A stretch of DNA of 64,000 bases from Lytechinus pictus (taxonomy: Eukaryota). Every line of letters begins with the position of its first letter. Position 1 is the stretch's first letter. The notes beneath the pieces were generated by a model. It ran no database searches and had not been told where the DNA came from. It worked only from the letters and a program-made list of their open reading frames with translations. Made by a program: the position numbers and the translations under genes. Shown one piece after another: positions 1-10,850 of this stretch. The DNA is taken from contig NC_087251.1 of assembly GCF_037042905.1 (NCBI RefSeq), positions 32,862,001 to 32,926,000 on the forward strand. Reading direction: 5' to 3'.

Positions 1-361
1 ATTTATGTTCACTCATGCATTAAAGTTAAATTTAATAATAAAAAAATGCTTAAGCAACCAAAACTGGTCACGGTAGATCATTCATTTATCACAACGCCCT
101 TAACTTTGCAAGTTCGAAAGGATTTGCCTCTCAAAAACTGACATAAATTGGAAGGCTAATTCCAGCCCACCCTAATTTTCATACCCTTTGTTTCAGTGGG
201 CAGTGCTCGCTCAAGCATGAATAGTTTTCCAACTTTTTGGTGTCATTTGAAAGTTGACTTTAATGGCTTTCCATATATGTATATTGTTTTCCCCAAAGTG
301 CTACATTTTTTTATTTGGCAGCCATTTCAAAAGTGTATAGTTTTTTTTTTGGGACGCACTG
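1..361. mobile_element. Terminal part of a non-autonomous Tc1/mariner-like DNA element (copy 1)
   Basis: Ends ...aagtgtatagttttttttttgggacgcactg followed by TA (reverse complement TA|CAGTGCGTCCC, a Tc1-like terminus). 1-363 is a diverged direct copy of ~4303-4666. Confidence 0.65.
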
Positions 362-1019
362 TATAATTAGATAACTCGAGCGCGAAGGAAGCGCGAGCGA
401 TTTTTGGGGGAGAAAATTCATGTATTTTGTCCTAAAAAATTGAACATTTTGAGCAATGTTTGTGGTCCTGAACAAGATGCGTATGTAACAAATAATAACT
501 GCGAACGTGATCAGTGCGAGCAGATATTTTTTATATACGCTCTGGTCTGATCGAGGGAAGTGTTATAAGGACTGTTTGCAGTTATCCATGTAGACGATAC
601 ATATATCAACAATCAAATAATGCGAGTGCGAAGCGCGAGCTGAAAAAATTGACATTCCGACCTAAATACTGGACATTCTAAGCACTTTTCTGATAATGAA
701 GAGGATAGGTATATAACTATACAATTGATGCGAGCGCGAAGCGCGTGCGGAATCAAAATTGAGATTTCCGACCAAAAAACGAGACATTCTAAGCACTCTT
801 CTAATCATGGAACAGGATAGGTATATAACTATACAATTGATGCGAGCGCAAAGCGCGAGCATAAACAAAATAGATTTCAGACCTACATATATAATTGGGA
901 CATTCTATTCACGTTTTGTAAATCAAGAAAAAGATGGGTAATTGGATATATTCTTATATTAATAATGTGAGCGCGAAGCGCGAGCAGAAAATCTTTGATA
1001 TTCTGATCTGAAACTCCAC

Positions 1020-1760
1020 ACTGAATTTAATATGGTTTGAACAGATAAAGAGAAATCAGACGAGCATAAGAATAAAGATATGATCAAAATCCGACAAGGA
1101 ATATCAAAGTTAAGCATTTTAAAGATTAGCATTATTCCGGTGAAACAGTTTTAAGCATGTCTTCATTTATATTCAATGAGCAAACTGATGATGTCATATC
1201 CCCACTTGTTTTTTTTTGTATTTTATTATATAAAGTTAGGTTTATTTAATATTTTCCCTTCAATAACCAAAAAACAGTTGAATTGACAACTGATTTAGTC
1301 TTTCATTATACATAAGGGAGACATATCATTTACACTGGTATAAAAAAATGAAACAATTTTGATTCCATGTAATAACACAAGAAACAAGATAGTGGGGATG
1401 TGATATCTTCAACCCGCATGGGCAGAAATCCCAGAAACTAAAAATAGTAGGGGGGGGGGTCTTTCATGGAGAAAAATACATCACTTCACAATCGAAATAA
1501 TACCTTTTGGACTAAATGACCTTACATTTTGGGTTAAAAAATTGTTTTTGCTTGTCAAATTTTCCAGGCCCTGGTCCCCCTACCTTTGGGGACAGATTTC
1601 CGCCTATGTCAACCCACCTATTAAATATTCATGACGACATGCATATCACCATTTTCATAAACTTTTGCTAAACTTTAGAATTAAATAACTTAACTATTTG
1701 TTATCAGATTTTCGTAACATTGTATTTGATATAAATATTTTCAGCCCGGAGTAGCCCCAA
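1020..1760. mobile_element. Degenerate non-autonomous DNA element (possibly Kolobok-like) nested in the GCGAGC repeat
   Basis: Interrupts a sequence that is contiguous in the 5.7-5.8 kb copy. Internal inverted motif gatgtcatatccccact (~1190) / agtggggatgtgatatc (~1391). Termini are eroded, so the family is a guess. Confidence 0.4.
1417..1608. mobile_element. hAT-like MITE with 8-bp TSD
   Basis: TIRs catgggcagaaatc / gatttccgcctatg. Flanks tcaacccg (1409-1416) and tcaaccca (1609-1616), one mismatch. Confidence 0.8.
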
Positions 1761-2328
1761 AACAAGCTGCGTATCTGAATAAACATGCGTGCGCGTGTTA
1801 AGAGTTAGCCCTAGTATCTGGGCATTGTAAATACATTTTTTTTAATTAAAAAAATGAATAATGCGAGCGCGAAGCGCGAGCAGAAAATATTTGATATTCC
1901 GATCTGAAAAAGGGTCTGTCATTCATCAACTTACCACTAGATTTCAAGGAGGTGCTGCCTATGGAAAAATAACACATGCAGCATCCCCAAAATTTGGGGT
2001 GCTTCACCCCCAGCACCCCCGCTTCCAAGGGCCATGGGGGCAGGGTGAAAAAGACTGTGAAATTTGATTTCTATTGTCTGACTTGTAATTGTTTTTTACA
2101 AAACACGGGCGCGCGCACACTTGATTCGGCATAAAACCCTCGAAGTTTCAAGTCCAATCACAGCCATGTCCCTCCCGTATCGCGCGCGACCACGTCTGTA
2201 TCGAGTGCCGGAGCTTGATTGAGTCGCGTTATAGGAGGGATGTTATTGGAATATGTGAACGACTATGTAAATGATTTTCGATTGTCGGATGTGATAATTA
2301 TGTACATTATAACATATTTAAAAAAATA

Positions 2329-2445
2329 CAGGGGGAACCTGATTTCGTGGGGGTGCTGCCTATGGAAAATAATACACGCAGCACCCCCAGGATAATTTCT
2401 GGGGGTGCTTCAGCACCCCCAGCACCCCCGCTTCTCAGGTCCCTG
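2329..2445. mobile_element. Short hAT-like MITE (gggggtgctg/cagcaccccc family); related fragment at ~1941-2036
   Basis: Imperfect TIRs cagggggaacctga / tcaggtccctg. Internal ggtgctgcctatggaaaataa is shared with ~1950-1972. No TSD visible. Confidence 0.6.
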
Positions 2446-3990
2446 TTGTTACACCAATACTGAAAAAGCAGAATCTAGATCCTGAGGACTTGAAGAACTT
2501 TCGTCCGATATCAAACATCCCGCTACTTGGGAAAGTGATCGAACGTGTGGTCAGTCAGCAGCTTACATCATATCTGGCTAGTAACTCTCTTCTCCCATCT
2601 AGGCAATCGGTGTATCGTCAACACTACAGTGTGGAAACTGCCTTACTACGTGTACATAATGACCTTCTTCAATTCCTAGACAATGGGAACGAGGCTCTGC
2701 TCATCCTTCTTGATCTTACGGCTGCTTTCGATACGGTCGACCATGAGATTCTGCTTTCTAGACTGAAATACAGATTTGGAGTGACTGGTATGGCATTGCA
2801 GTGGTTCACATCTTACTTGTCTGGAAGAGGGCAGAAAGTGCGCATTCAAGACAACACCTCAGATTCAACACCATTGCGGTGGGGCGTGCCTCAAGGATCG
2901 GTAATCGGTCCGATTCTCTTTATCTGCTACACTACGCCAGTTCAGTACATCATTCAGGCACATGGTTTCTCTACAATGATTTACGCTGACGACACACAAC
3001 TTATCGTCTCCTTAAAGTCTTCGGAAAGGGAGAATGTTGTAGGGAGACTGGAAATCTGCCTCCAGGAAGTACGGAACTGGATGGTGAGCAATCATCTTAA
3101 ACTTAATGACAGCAAAATGGAGTTGCTTCATGTTTCATCTCCTTTCAGACGAGTGCAGGAGGCTCTCCCTCTCCCTTTGACATCAATGATTGGCCAGGTT
3201 CTGCCATCTCCTTCAGTATGTGATCAGGGAGTCATTTTTGATAAGAATGTGAACATGCGCCGACACGTAAATATTGTTTGTCGCAAGGCCTCTTTTGCTC
3301 TGAGACGTATTGGAATGATTCGGTCATACCTTAGTAAGAATGTGACTGAGATCCTCATTCATGCTTTTGTATCTTCCCTTCTTGATAACTGTAACAGTCT
3401 TTTGTACGGAACCCCGGACAAAGATATAGCAAAGCTCCAAAGAATCCAAAATTCAGCCGCAAGACTTGTCTCCAGATCCAAGAAACACAACCACATCACC
3501 CCAATCCTCAAAGAACTTCACTGGCTACCTATCAAATCACGAATTCGCTTCAAAGTCCTTCTAATAACATTTAATGCTGTACATGGTTTTGCCCCTCAAT
3601 ATATTTCTGAACTTGTTTCTCCATACACCCCCTCTAGGACACTTAGATCATCAACTCAACTACTCCTTCCCAGACTAAGAACTAAGACGCATGGTGAAAG
3701 GTCCTTCTCCTACAGTGCCCCAATCCTTTGGAATTCCCTCCCCAGTACTCTCCGATCACGAAATAACCCTGGACTTTTCAAATCACAACTGAAAACATTT
3801 CTTTTTAATGAAGCATTCAACTAGGCCTTTCCAAATACTTATGCCATACATGTATGTAACTGATTAATGTTGCTGTTGCCAATTGCTATTCTAAGTAATT
3901 CCTTATATTGTATACTTTTTATTTTTGTAAAGTGCATTGAGAGTCCTTTCAGGTCTGAAATGCGCTATATAAGAACCACATTATTATTAA
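2445..3990 (+). mobile_element. 5'-truncated L2/CR1-group LINE: RT domain, C-terminal region and 3' UTR
   Basis: Open frame from 2445 (VVTPILKKQNLDPEDLKNFRPISN) to stop at 3824. RT motifs LDLTAAFDTVDH, GVPQGSVIGP, YADD (2982-2993). L2-type C-terminus LQRIQNSAARLV..HITPILKELHWLP. Tail gcgctatataagaacc..(tta)n. Confidence 0.93.
2490..3824 (+). pseudogene. LINE ORF2 reverse transcriptase fragment (444 aa, uninterrupted, but no endonuclease domain and no true start codon)
   Basis: ORF track translation. The listed start is an internal TTG and the frame extends upstream to the truncation point. Confidence 0.88.
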
Positions 3991-4664
3991 ATTAGAAACC
4001 AAAAACTGATCTCAATTTATCAATAATTTGGCATGACACCTTTAACTTGGCAAGTTCCAAAGGACTCACCACTAAACAAAACTGGAAGGCTAATTCCTGC
4101 TCGCCCTAGCAAAGGCTAGTCTCTCAGGATGGGAGGAAGGGGGAGAGAGAGAGAGAGAGGGGGGGGGGAGGGTGGCTAAGTGTTCTGTTGGCCTTTGTCC
4201 CATCAACCTACTTCCCCCACCTCATATCTCATCCCTATTCTGACTCCCATTAACACATTGCTGAGATCCACGTGAAAAGGTCAAAATGATGCACTAAAAA
4301 TGTAATTCATGTTCACTCATGCATTAAATTTAAATATGATAATTCTTGAAATTAGCTCTAAGAACCTAAATTAATAATGATTGATCATTAATTTATCACA
4401 ACACCCTCAACTTTGCAAGTTCCAAGGGACTCGCCTCTCAAAAACTGAAAGAAATTGGAAGGCTAATTCCTGCCCACCCTAATTTTCATACCCTTTGTTT
4501 AAGTGTGTAGTGCTCACTCACGCATGAATAGTTTTCCAACTTTTTGGTGTCATTTGAAAGTTTAATTTATTGGCTTTCCATATATATAGGTATTTTTCCC
4601 CAAGGTGACATATTTTTTGTTTGGCAGCCATTTCAAAAGTGTATAGTTTTTTTTAGACGCACTG
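3991..4664. mobile_element. Non-autonomous Tc1/mariner-like element (copy 2), other end lost at the L2 junction
   Basis: Ends aagtgtatagttttttttagacgcactg|TA and is homologous to 1-363. Internal direct repeat ~3996-4108 vs ~4361-4480. Short (GA)n at ~4143-4158. Confidence 0.65.
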
Positions 4665-4849
4665 TAGAGCCTGACTGTACAGATATAGGAGATACACGTA
4701 GGCCTATAGCTGTTTAGCCGATTTAATCAACTTGTGAAAAAAAATTATATGGAAGTATAATATTAATTTTTTCTTCTCTTTTTCCAATGTATCTTTCCCC
4801 CACCCCCTCCCTATACTGGTCCCTTTTCTCATTTTTCGCCCCTTTTGCC

Positions 4850-5165
4850 CCCGGGAGGCCGGTCAAAATATTGCTGTATACACACATGCGTGCCCAAATT
4901 ATTTCAAAACACTACGCCCTAAACAAATTTTCGCGGGCTTCATTTACACAGTTTGATCCCTAAACAAGTTGTCGCCAGAAAATGACCCCTAAAAATAAAC
5001 TTTTGGGAAAAATATTCTTAATACGTTTGACCCCGCGATTGACCATTGGCCATTTTTCCAAAACCAGGCGCCCGGCCTTGCCCCCTTCAAAACTGAAAAA
5101 ACCCACCCCTTTAAACGCATTTTTTGGTCACGCATGTGTACTTTGACTGACCCCCCCCCCCCGGG
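4850..5165. mobile_element. MITE with CCCGGG termini
   Basis: cccgggaggccggtcaaa..tacacacatgcgtg versus cacgcatgtgtactttgactgacc..cccggg. Internal ccctaaaca motifs are shared with 8290-8590. Confidence 0.65.
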
Positions 5166-5212
5166 CCCTGGGAACGATTTTTTGGCTGGGGGTGCTGAAG
5201 TAGGCCTAAATT

Positions 5213-6955
5213 CAGGGGCGGATCCAGCTTTCGCCAAGAAGGGGGGGGGGTGAAAAAAAAATCACCAATCTTTTCCCCGATCGGCCACTCTAAGATGATT
5301 TCTGTTTGTTTCTTCGTAACAGTCACTTCTTTGCTTTATTCTTATAAAAGATATTAATCTCATAAGCCATATTTAAATAGCGAACACTGATGGGCAATGT
5401 TTGTGATCCTGAACAAATGCGTAGATAACTGTCATCGAAAAGGGACTTGATGAGGACTATTTGTAGTTAGGCGTAAATCGATACATATTCAATAATCAAA
5501 TAAAGCGAGCGCGAACCGCGAGCTGAAAATTTTTGATATTCCAACCTAAAATATGGAAATTCTAAGCATATTTTATAGTCATGGGCAGGATAGGCATATA
5601 ACTAAACGATGCGAGCGCGAAGCATTAGCGGAAAAACAAAGAGATTTAGACCTAAATACGGGTCACTCTATTCATTTTTTGTAATTCATGAAAAGAATGG
5701 GTAATTTGGAATCCAAAATCAACAATGTGAGCGCGAAGCGGGAGCAGAAAATTTTATTCTGAAACTGGATAATTTAAGCATGTTTTAAATAAAGAACAAG
5801 TTGAGTATCTCAATAAACATGCGTGCGTGTGTTTAAGATTTATACCTAGTATCTGGGCATTCTAAATTTATTATTTATCATGAAAATCAATAATGTGATC
5901 GCGAAGCGCGAGCTAAAAATATTTGATATTCATATCTGAAAAAGGGTCAATAAATAAGCACTAATTCAAGCACTATGTATGAAAATTGTGAATTGGATAT
6001 TATGGATCGCTCTTAATAAATGATAAGAGCGCGAAGCGCATGCTGATACTCTTATTATTTTTATCCATCTAGGACCTGGACATTCTAAGGACATTTTTAA
6101 TCATATGAAAATGATGACTTTCTTAATCTATTCCTCTTTCTAAGCGCGAGATATTCCATTCTGAAAAAAAGGACAATTTAATTATTAGGAATTCATGAAA
6201 TTTTATTGTTTGTATTTATTAATCTAATAAGCCAATGACAGCTCGAAATTTGTTGATATTAATTCCTGAAAACTTGAGATTTTAAGCACTTTTGTATATT
6301 GTAATTATAAATAGGATGCATGGGTTAATATATTTTCAACAAATTAATGAGAGCGCAAATCGCGATGTCATGAAAAAGGGAATTTAAGAAGTTTGTTATA
6401 GAATTGCTTATTATTATAGAGGAAATTATTGAGGTATGCATTACTCACCAATCAAAATGCAAGCGCGCAGCGCTGGCTCATAGATTTTGATAATCAAACC
6501 TGAAAGGGATATTTTGAGAACTTTATGGAAAACACGAAGAGAATATAGGTACCTGACAAATCAAATAACGCGAGCATAGAAATGTTGATACTGAGACAAT
6601 AAAACAGACATTTTACAGGACACTTTTTGAAAATCAATTTATATATAAATCAAACAAATTAATGAAAGCTCGATGTCGGAGTTGAAATATGTTTTGTATA
6701 TTGACTTCAAAACTGGATATTTTAAGCTCCATATCAGGCTATTGAGGAAGAATCTCATTTAGGCCTATATCTCATCAAACATGCAATGCGAACGCGAAAA
6801 CGTTATATAGTGACATGAAAGTTTTTTTTTTTTTTTTCTTAGTCGTCCCCTCACCTTATTTTATTCACTAATTAAGTTCTTCATCCTCTTATTTTCCCCT
6901 CTCTTTCCTTTCTTTTTCCCCGGGTTTTTCCCTTGCCCTTTTTTTGCTCTGCCAA
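5213..6955 (+). mobile_element. Long non-autonomous element starting caggggcggatccag, with internal GCGAGCGCGAAGCGCGAGC units and a pyrimidine-rich distal end
   Basis: Motif recurs every ~105-170 bp from ~5506 to ~6795. 6825-6940 is reverse-complementary to ~9805-9930, which follows a caggcggatccag terminus. Confidence 0.7.
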
Positions 6956-7053
6956 TAGGTCGTGGACTTTGCCTCGACCAGTGCCCGTCGTAAGCATTCA
7001 CGTACAGTTGCTCAGAATGAATTAGCATCGTCAAATTACCGGTACCTAGCTTA

Positions 7054-7606
7054 TACCCTTTTTACACACGCTAAAATTTCCTTAACCCCGTACTATAGGT
7101 GGGGCTAAATTGCCATTTAGCCCCACCTATAGTACGGGGTTAAGCTTAGCCCACTTTCTTTTTACACAGCATTTTTGCAAAGTGGGCTAACCCCACCTTT
7201 AGTACGGGATTATTTGGCCCTGCAAAAAAGCAGGGTTATCCCAGCAATTGCGGTGCTAAGAGCGATAGTACGGGGTTAAGATCGCTAGTGTAAAACGAAA
7301 GTGGGCTAAGCTTAACCCCGTACTATAGGTGGGGCTAAATGGCAATTTGGCCCCACCTATAGTACGGGGTTAAGGGAATTGTAGCGTGTGTAAAATGGTA
7401 CGAGTGAAGTACTTGTACTACGAATGATCGACAAAAACCACTAGTCCGGGGTTAGCGAGTTTCGTGTGTAAAAAGCTAGCATTCCTTTTCCGGGGTTAGC
7501 AATAACAATTTGGCATGTGTAAAAAGGAAAAAAAATAGTACGGGGTTAAGGATAGTACGGGGTTAGCGATAGTCCGGGGTTAAGAAAATCCTGTGTAAAA
7601 AGGGTA
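7054..7606. mobile_element. PIF/Harbinger (Tourist)-like MITE, 553 bp, TTA TSD
   Basis: Perfect 15-bp TIRs taccctttttacaca (7054-7068) / tgtgtaaaaagggta (7592-7606). TTA lies on both sides (7051-7053, 7607-7609). Internal agtacggggtta repeats and hairpins. Confidence 0.88.
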
Positions 7607-7642
7607 TTACATAGTTACATAGGCCTTGTTACAACCGATAAT

Positions 7643-8853
7643 TGGGACCTTTCGCAATCCTCACGGACGCTAATATTAGGGTCCCCTAACACAAAAGTTA
7701 ACGCTTAATCATACACTTGATTTTTAAGATTGAATGTGCATTATAGTCAATAGAATCAAACGTAGAAAACTGCTCTACAATCAATGCTAAACTTTGTGTT
7801 ACAGGGGGGTTACAGGCCCTACAGATCTGCTTTTCGTGTGCAAAATCCTTTTCTGCGACACTCGCACCATACATAGCATGTATATTACGACTGATGGCCT
7901 GAGATATTCGAAATGCAGACCTAAAATAGATTATGACATGGATAAGAAAGTGGTTTTTCAAACAAATCGAGTACATATTGAGTGAGGAAAAACTTACTGA
8001 ATGAAGGCTTAGATATAGATCATTACAGTCCATCGAATCGATATTACATTTATTGTGGATTATTGGTGTATTACTGGCAATTGATTTCATGGGTCAGATC
8101 AACCTCTCCAGCCGAACATTTCGCGTGAGTTGATATGTGCACACCATTATGTGATACGTTTGAACTCGTTTCTTTTTGTTTCTTTTGTTTATTTTGTTTA
8201 TTCCTTCTACACAAACGATATGCCTCTCGCACACGATGTAATGGGCATTATGTTTTACTTCCCCCAGAAATGGGGGATTAGATTCAAATTCCGGGGGGAC
8301 CACTTCCATTAATGAGTGGATACCAGGCACGACCATGGGGTTTCGAAAAGTACCCTAAACAAGCTGGGAAGTAATTCTTTTCCAGATTATGAAAATGCAT
8401 CTCTTAACAAGAATTTAGCTTGTGAAACCCTACAAGTAATGGATATCCCTTTTTTGTCAGCATTTTAAACATCGTTTTGACACCCTTATAACGTTACATA
8501 GGCCTATACGTAACGTACCTGCCCACTCTGTCCCCTTTTACGCGTGGTCGCTCCTGGTATCCACTAATCAATGGAAGTGGGCCCCCCGGGCGGCCTCTCG
8601 AGCTCTAGGAGGAGTCAAATGTGGCTTTGGAACGTCGTCCTCAATGAGATATATCGCTGTTACCATAGTAGCAACCAAAATTTTGCACACGAAACGCATA
8701 TTGAATGTTTCCGTCGCAGATGCGAAACGAAAAAAAAATCTCATGTCACACAATTTGCATTGCAGGACGACCATGATGACGGGCCCAAAAAGTCTCTTCC
8801 AAAATCAACTAACGTCGTAAATAAGCGTGCGCGTCCTCAAACGAAAGGTCCGG
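7643..8853. mobile_element. ~1.2-kb insertion splitting the left TIR of the foldback element
   Basis: Absent from the right arm. Subterminal inverted 10-mers ggacctttcg (7645-7654) / cgaaaggtcc (8842-8851). AAT is present on both sides. Confidence 0.6.
8290..8590. mobile_element. MITE with ~45-bp TIRs and CCGGG termini nested in the 7643-8853 insert
   Basis: ccggggggaccacttccattaatgagtggataccaggcacgacca / tggtcgctcctggtatccactaatcaatggaagtgggccccccggg. Confidence 0.8.
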
Positions 8854-9035
8854 AATGTCGCAGCAACGCATAATGTCGCAGATTGCGACATTATGCCAAG
8901 AGCGTCCAACGCATAATGTCGCAGTCAACGCATAATGTAGTTTTTCTAACGCATAACGTCACATGTCGCAACGCATAATGTCGCAGCAAAGTGTCAACGC
9001 ATAATGTCACATGTCGCAACGCATAATGTCGCAGC
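8854..9035 (+). repeat. Minisatellite of aacgcataatgtcgca units (mirrored at ~11302-11506)
   Basis: About nine copies are visible directly, with reverse-complement copies in the right arm. Confidence 0.85.
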
Positions 9036-9152
9036 GGTATTTTCTTCAGGACTCGAGCTACAGATAAGACATAAAATATGCTTTCACTAAGTATTTTGAG
9101 ACAAGAGAAAGAGAATTTGGAAATCAGGATTACTCATTGTATGGATATTTAT

Positions 9153-9640
9153 CGGTTTATTGCCATTTCGTCTACTGCCTTTTTCCCCACTATCGCATGG
9201 TCTTATATAATTTCGTCTACCATAAGTTAGTCAACAACTATCAACATAGTCCAATAACCATTTCGTCTAATTACCATCTCGTCTAATAGCCAGTTGGTCT
9301 AATAGCCGTTTTGTTTATTATCATTTAGTCTAGTTGTATTTTTTTTCAGTTGGTCTAATATCCACTTTGTCCAATATCGCCACGTCTACTACCTTTTGGT
9401 CTAATAGCCAATTGGTCTAATAACCACTTGGTCTACTCTGATTTCGTCCATGTTCCATTTGGTCTGACTTCAGTTGGTTCGCTATCGATCACTTTGTCTA
9501 TTTAAACCCATTTCGGCTAACAATCATTTGGTATCGTTGCCATGGGTCCAATCACCAATAGGTCCAATCACCATCTCGTCCAATCATCATTTCGTCCAAT
9601 AGGCATATTCATTTCATCTTATAACCATATTTGGTCTACT
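9153..9640 (+). repeat. Degenerate ~19-bp minisatellite (ccatttcgtctaat / ccagttggtctaat), mirrored at 10852-11183
   Basis: Recurrent cca.ttggtcta / ccatttcgtc units. Confidence 0.75.
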
Positions 9641-9761
9641 GGCACTAGACCTCTACGGTGACTATATGTATCATTGCCGACTTGTTGCAGTACTACTCCT
9701 GATTTGTGGTTCAGATCAGCTCGCGAGTGCAAAAAACCCTTTACCATCCGCCGACAGGGCA

Positions 9762-10850
9762 CAGGCGGATCCAGGGAAAGGCCCGGCTCCCCCCCCCCGC
9801 ATGAAAAAGGAAGGGGAACGAAAGAAAATAGAAAAAAACGGGGAAAGAGAGGAGGGAAAATGAGGAAAAATAAGAGCAGACAGAAGAGTGAATAAAATAG
9901 GGTGAGGTGAAGACTTGGAAAAAAAAAAAATTTAATGTCTCAAAAGAGGCGCGATAGCTCAGTCGGTAAAACGGGGGTTTCTGATTCCGGTGACATGCTT
10001 TGATTCCTAATTGGTGCGTTAGTGTCCCTTGGTAAGGCATAATAGTCTTTATACCTAACAGGTCCCTTGGAGAGGACATTAAGTCGTCGGTTCTCTGGTT
10101 CCTTGCTTACAAGTATTCATGCTTTCTTAGCAACCAGGTACAAAAAAATCACCATGTACTATATAGGCTAACATTTTCGTTCGCACTTCGTGCTCGAGTC
10201 CACATCCACTTCAGAATGTTCATGCATAGTGCTTGAAAAAGTGCTTAAATTTACCACTTTTCGGACTGGAATATGAAGTATTTTTAGCTCGCGCTTCGCT
10301 CTCGCTTTATATTTTTATGCATTTGTGTAAAATTAAGTAATGAAACTAAGTTTAAGCGCTGGCCTCACATACAAGCATTGCTTGTTTTCGGCAGCCCCTC
10401 CGTTTTACTCTAAAATACAAAAAAAAAAACATATTTAAGGCAGCTTAATGTTATTAATTGTGTTTATTAAATGTATAGGCCTTATTATGTTTTATAAGAT
10501 GTTATGTTATGTTATATATATTTTTTTTAATGATATGTTCATTATATACAACATTGTGAAACGGAAATAAATGAAATGATTAAAACATGTATTCAAAATG
10601 CCTAAATTCTAGGTAAAAAAAAAACGCGCACTCAGCACGCAAGTTTATTGAGATACGCAGCTTGTTCTATATATTTATAACGTGCTTGAATTATCCAGTT
10701 TCCGATTAAAATATCAACAAAACTTCTGCTCGCATTATTAACATTAATCTAGGAAGATACCTAGTTACCCATGCATTTTACGATTTACAAAACATTAAAA
10801 GAGTGTCCTGTTATGTTCTTAGATCTGATACTATTTTTTCGGCTCGCGCT
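9762..10850 (-). mobile_element. Reverse-orientation fragment of the GCGAGC-unit element in the foldback spacer
   Basis: Terminus caggcggatccagg. Purine-rich block complementary to 6825-6940. gctcgcgcttcgctctcgc at ~10287. gtttattgagatacgcagcttgtt (~10643) is complementary to 1761/5796. Confidence 0.65.
9946..10150 (+). mobile_element. tRNA-derived SINE (degenerate)
   Basis: Pol III A box tagctcagtcgg (9955-9966) and a degenerate B box ctttgattcc (~9998). These are followed by gtgtcccttggtaaggca and ggagaggacattaagtcgtcggttc, resembling conserved SINE central domains, then an A-rich end. Confidence 0.7.

Larger units (their letters stand above)
376..1915 (+). mobile_element. Dispersed repeat built of ~105-125 bp diverged units each carrying GCGAGCGCGAAGCGCGAGC; interrupted at ~1020-1760 by another element
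   Basis: Motif recurs at ~377, 622, 730, 842, 967, 1863. Sequence resuming at 1761 (aacaagctgcgtatctgaataaacatgcgtgcg) matches 5796 in the second copy. Confidence 0.7.

Noticed and set aside
2490..3824. Retron, group II intron or telomerase-type RT system
   Set aside because: Motifs and 3' tail are those of a non-LTR retrotransposon; no associated ncRNA or partner gene.
1..5950. Segmental duplication of 1-1915 at 4303-5950
   Set aside because: The same two repeat families occur in the same order, but with different junctions and intervening sequence and substantial divergence. Independent insertions are more parsimonious.
7081..7582. Telomeric-like repeats (ggggttaa/ggggttag)
   Set aside because: Not tandem TTAGGG; they are dispersed subterminal motifs of a MITE.
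8854..9035. CRISPR-like short repeats (aacgcataatgtcgca)
   Set aside because: No unique spacers of regular length and no cas genes; eukaryotic context; mirrored in the opposite arm of a transposon.
9946..10020. Functional tRNA gene
   Set aside because: The B box is degenerate, no convincing cloverleaf forms, and the sequence continues into a SINE-like body.
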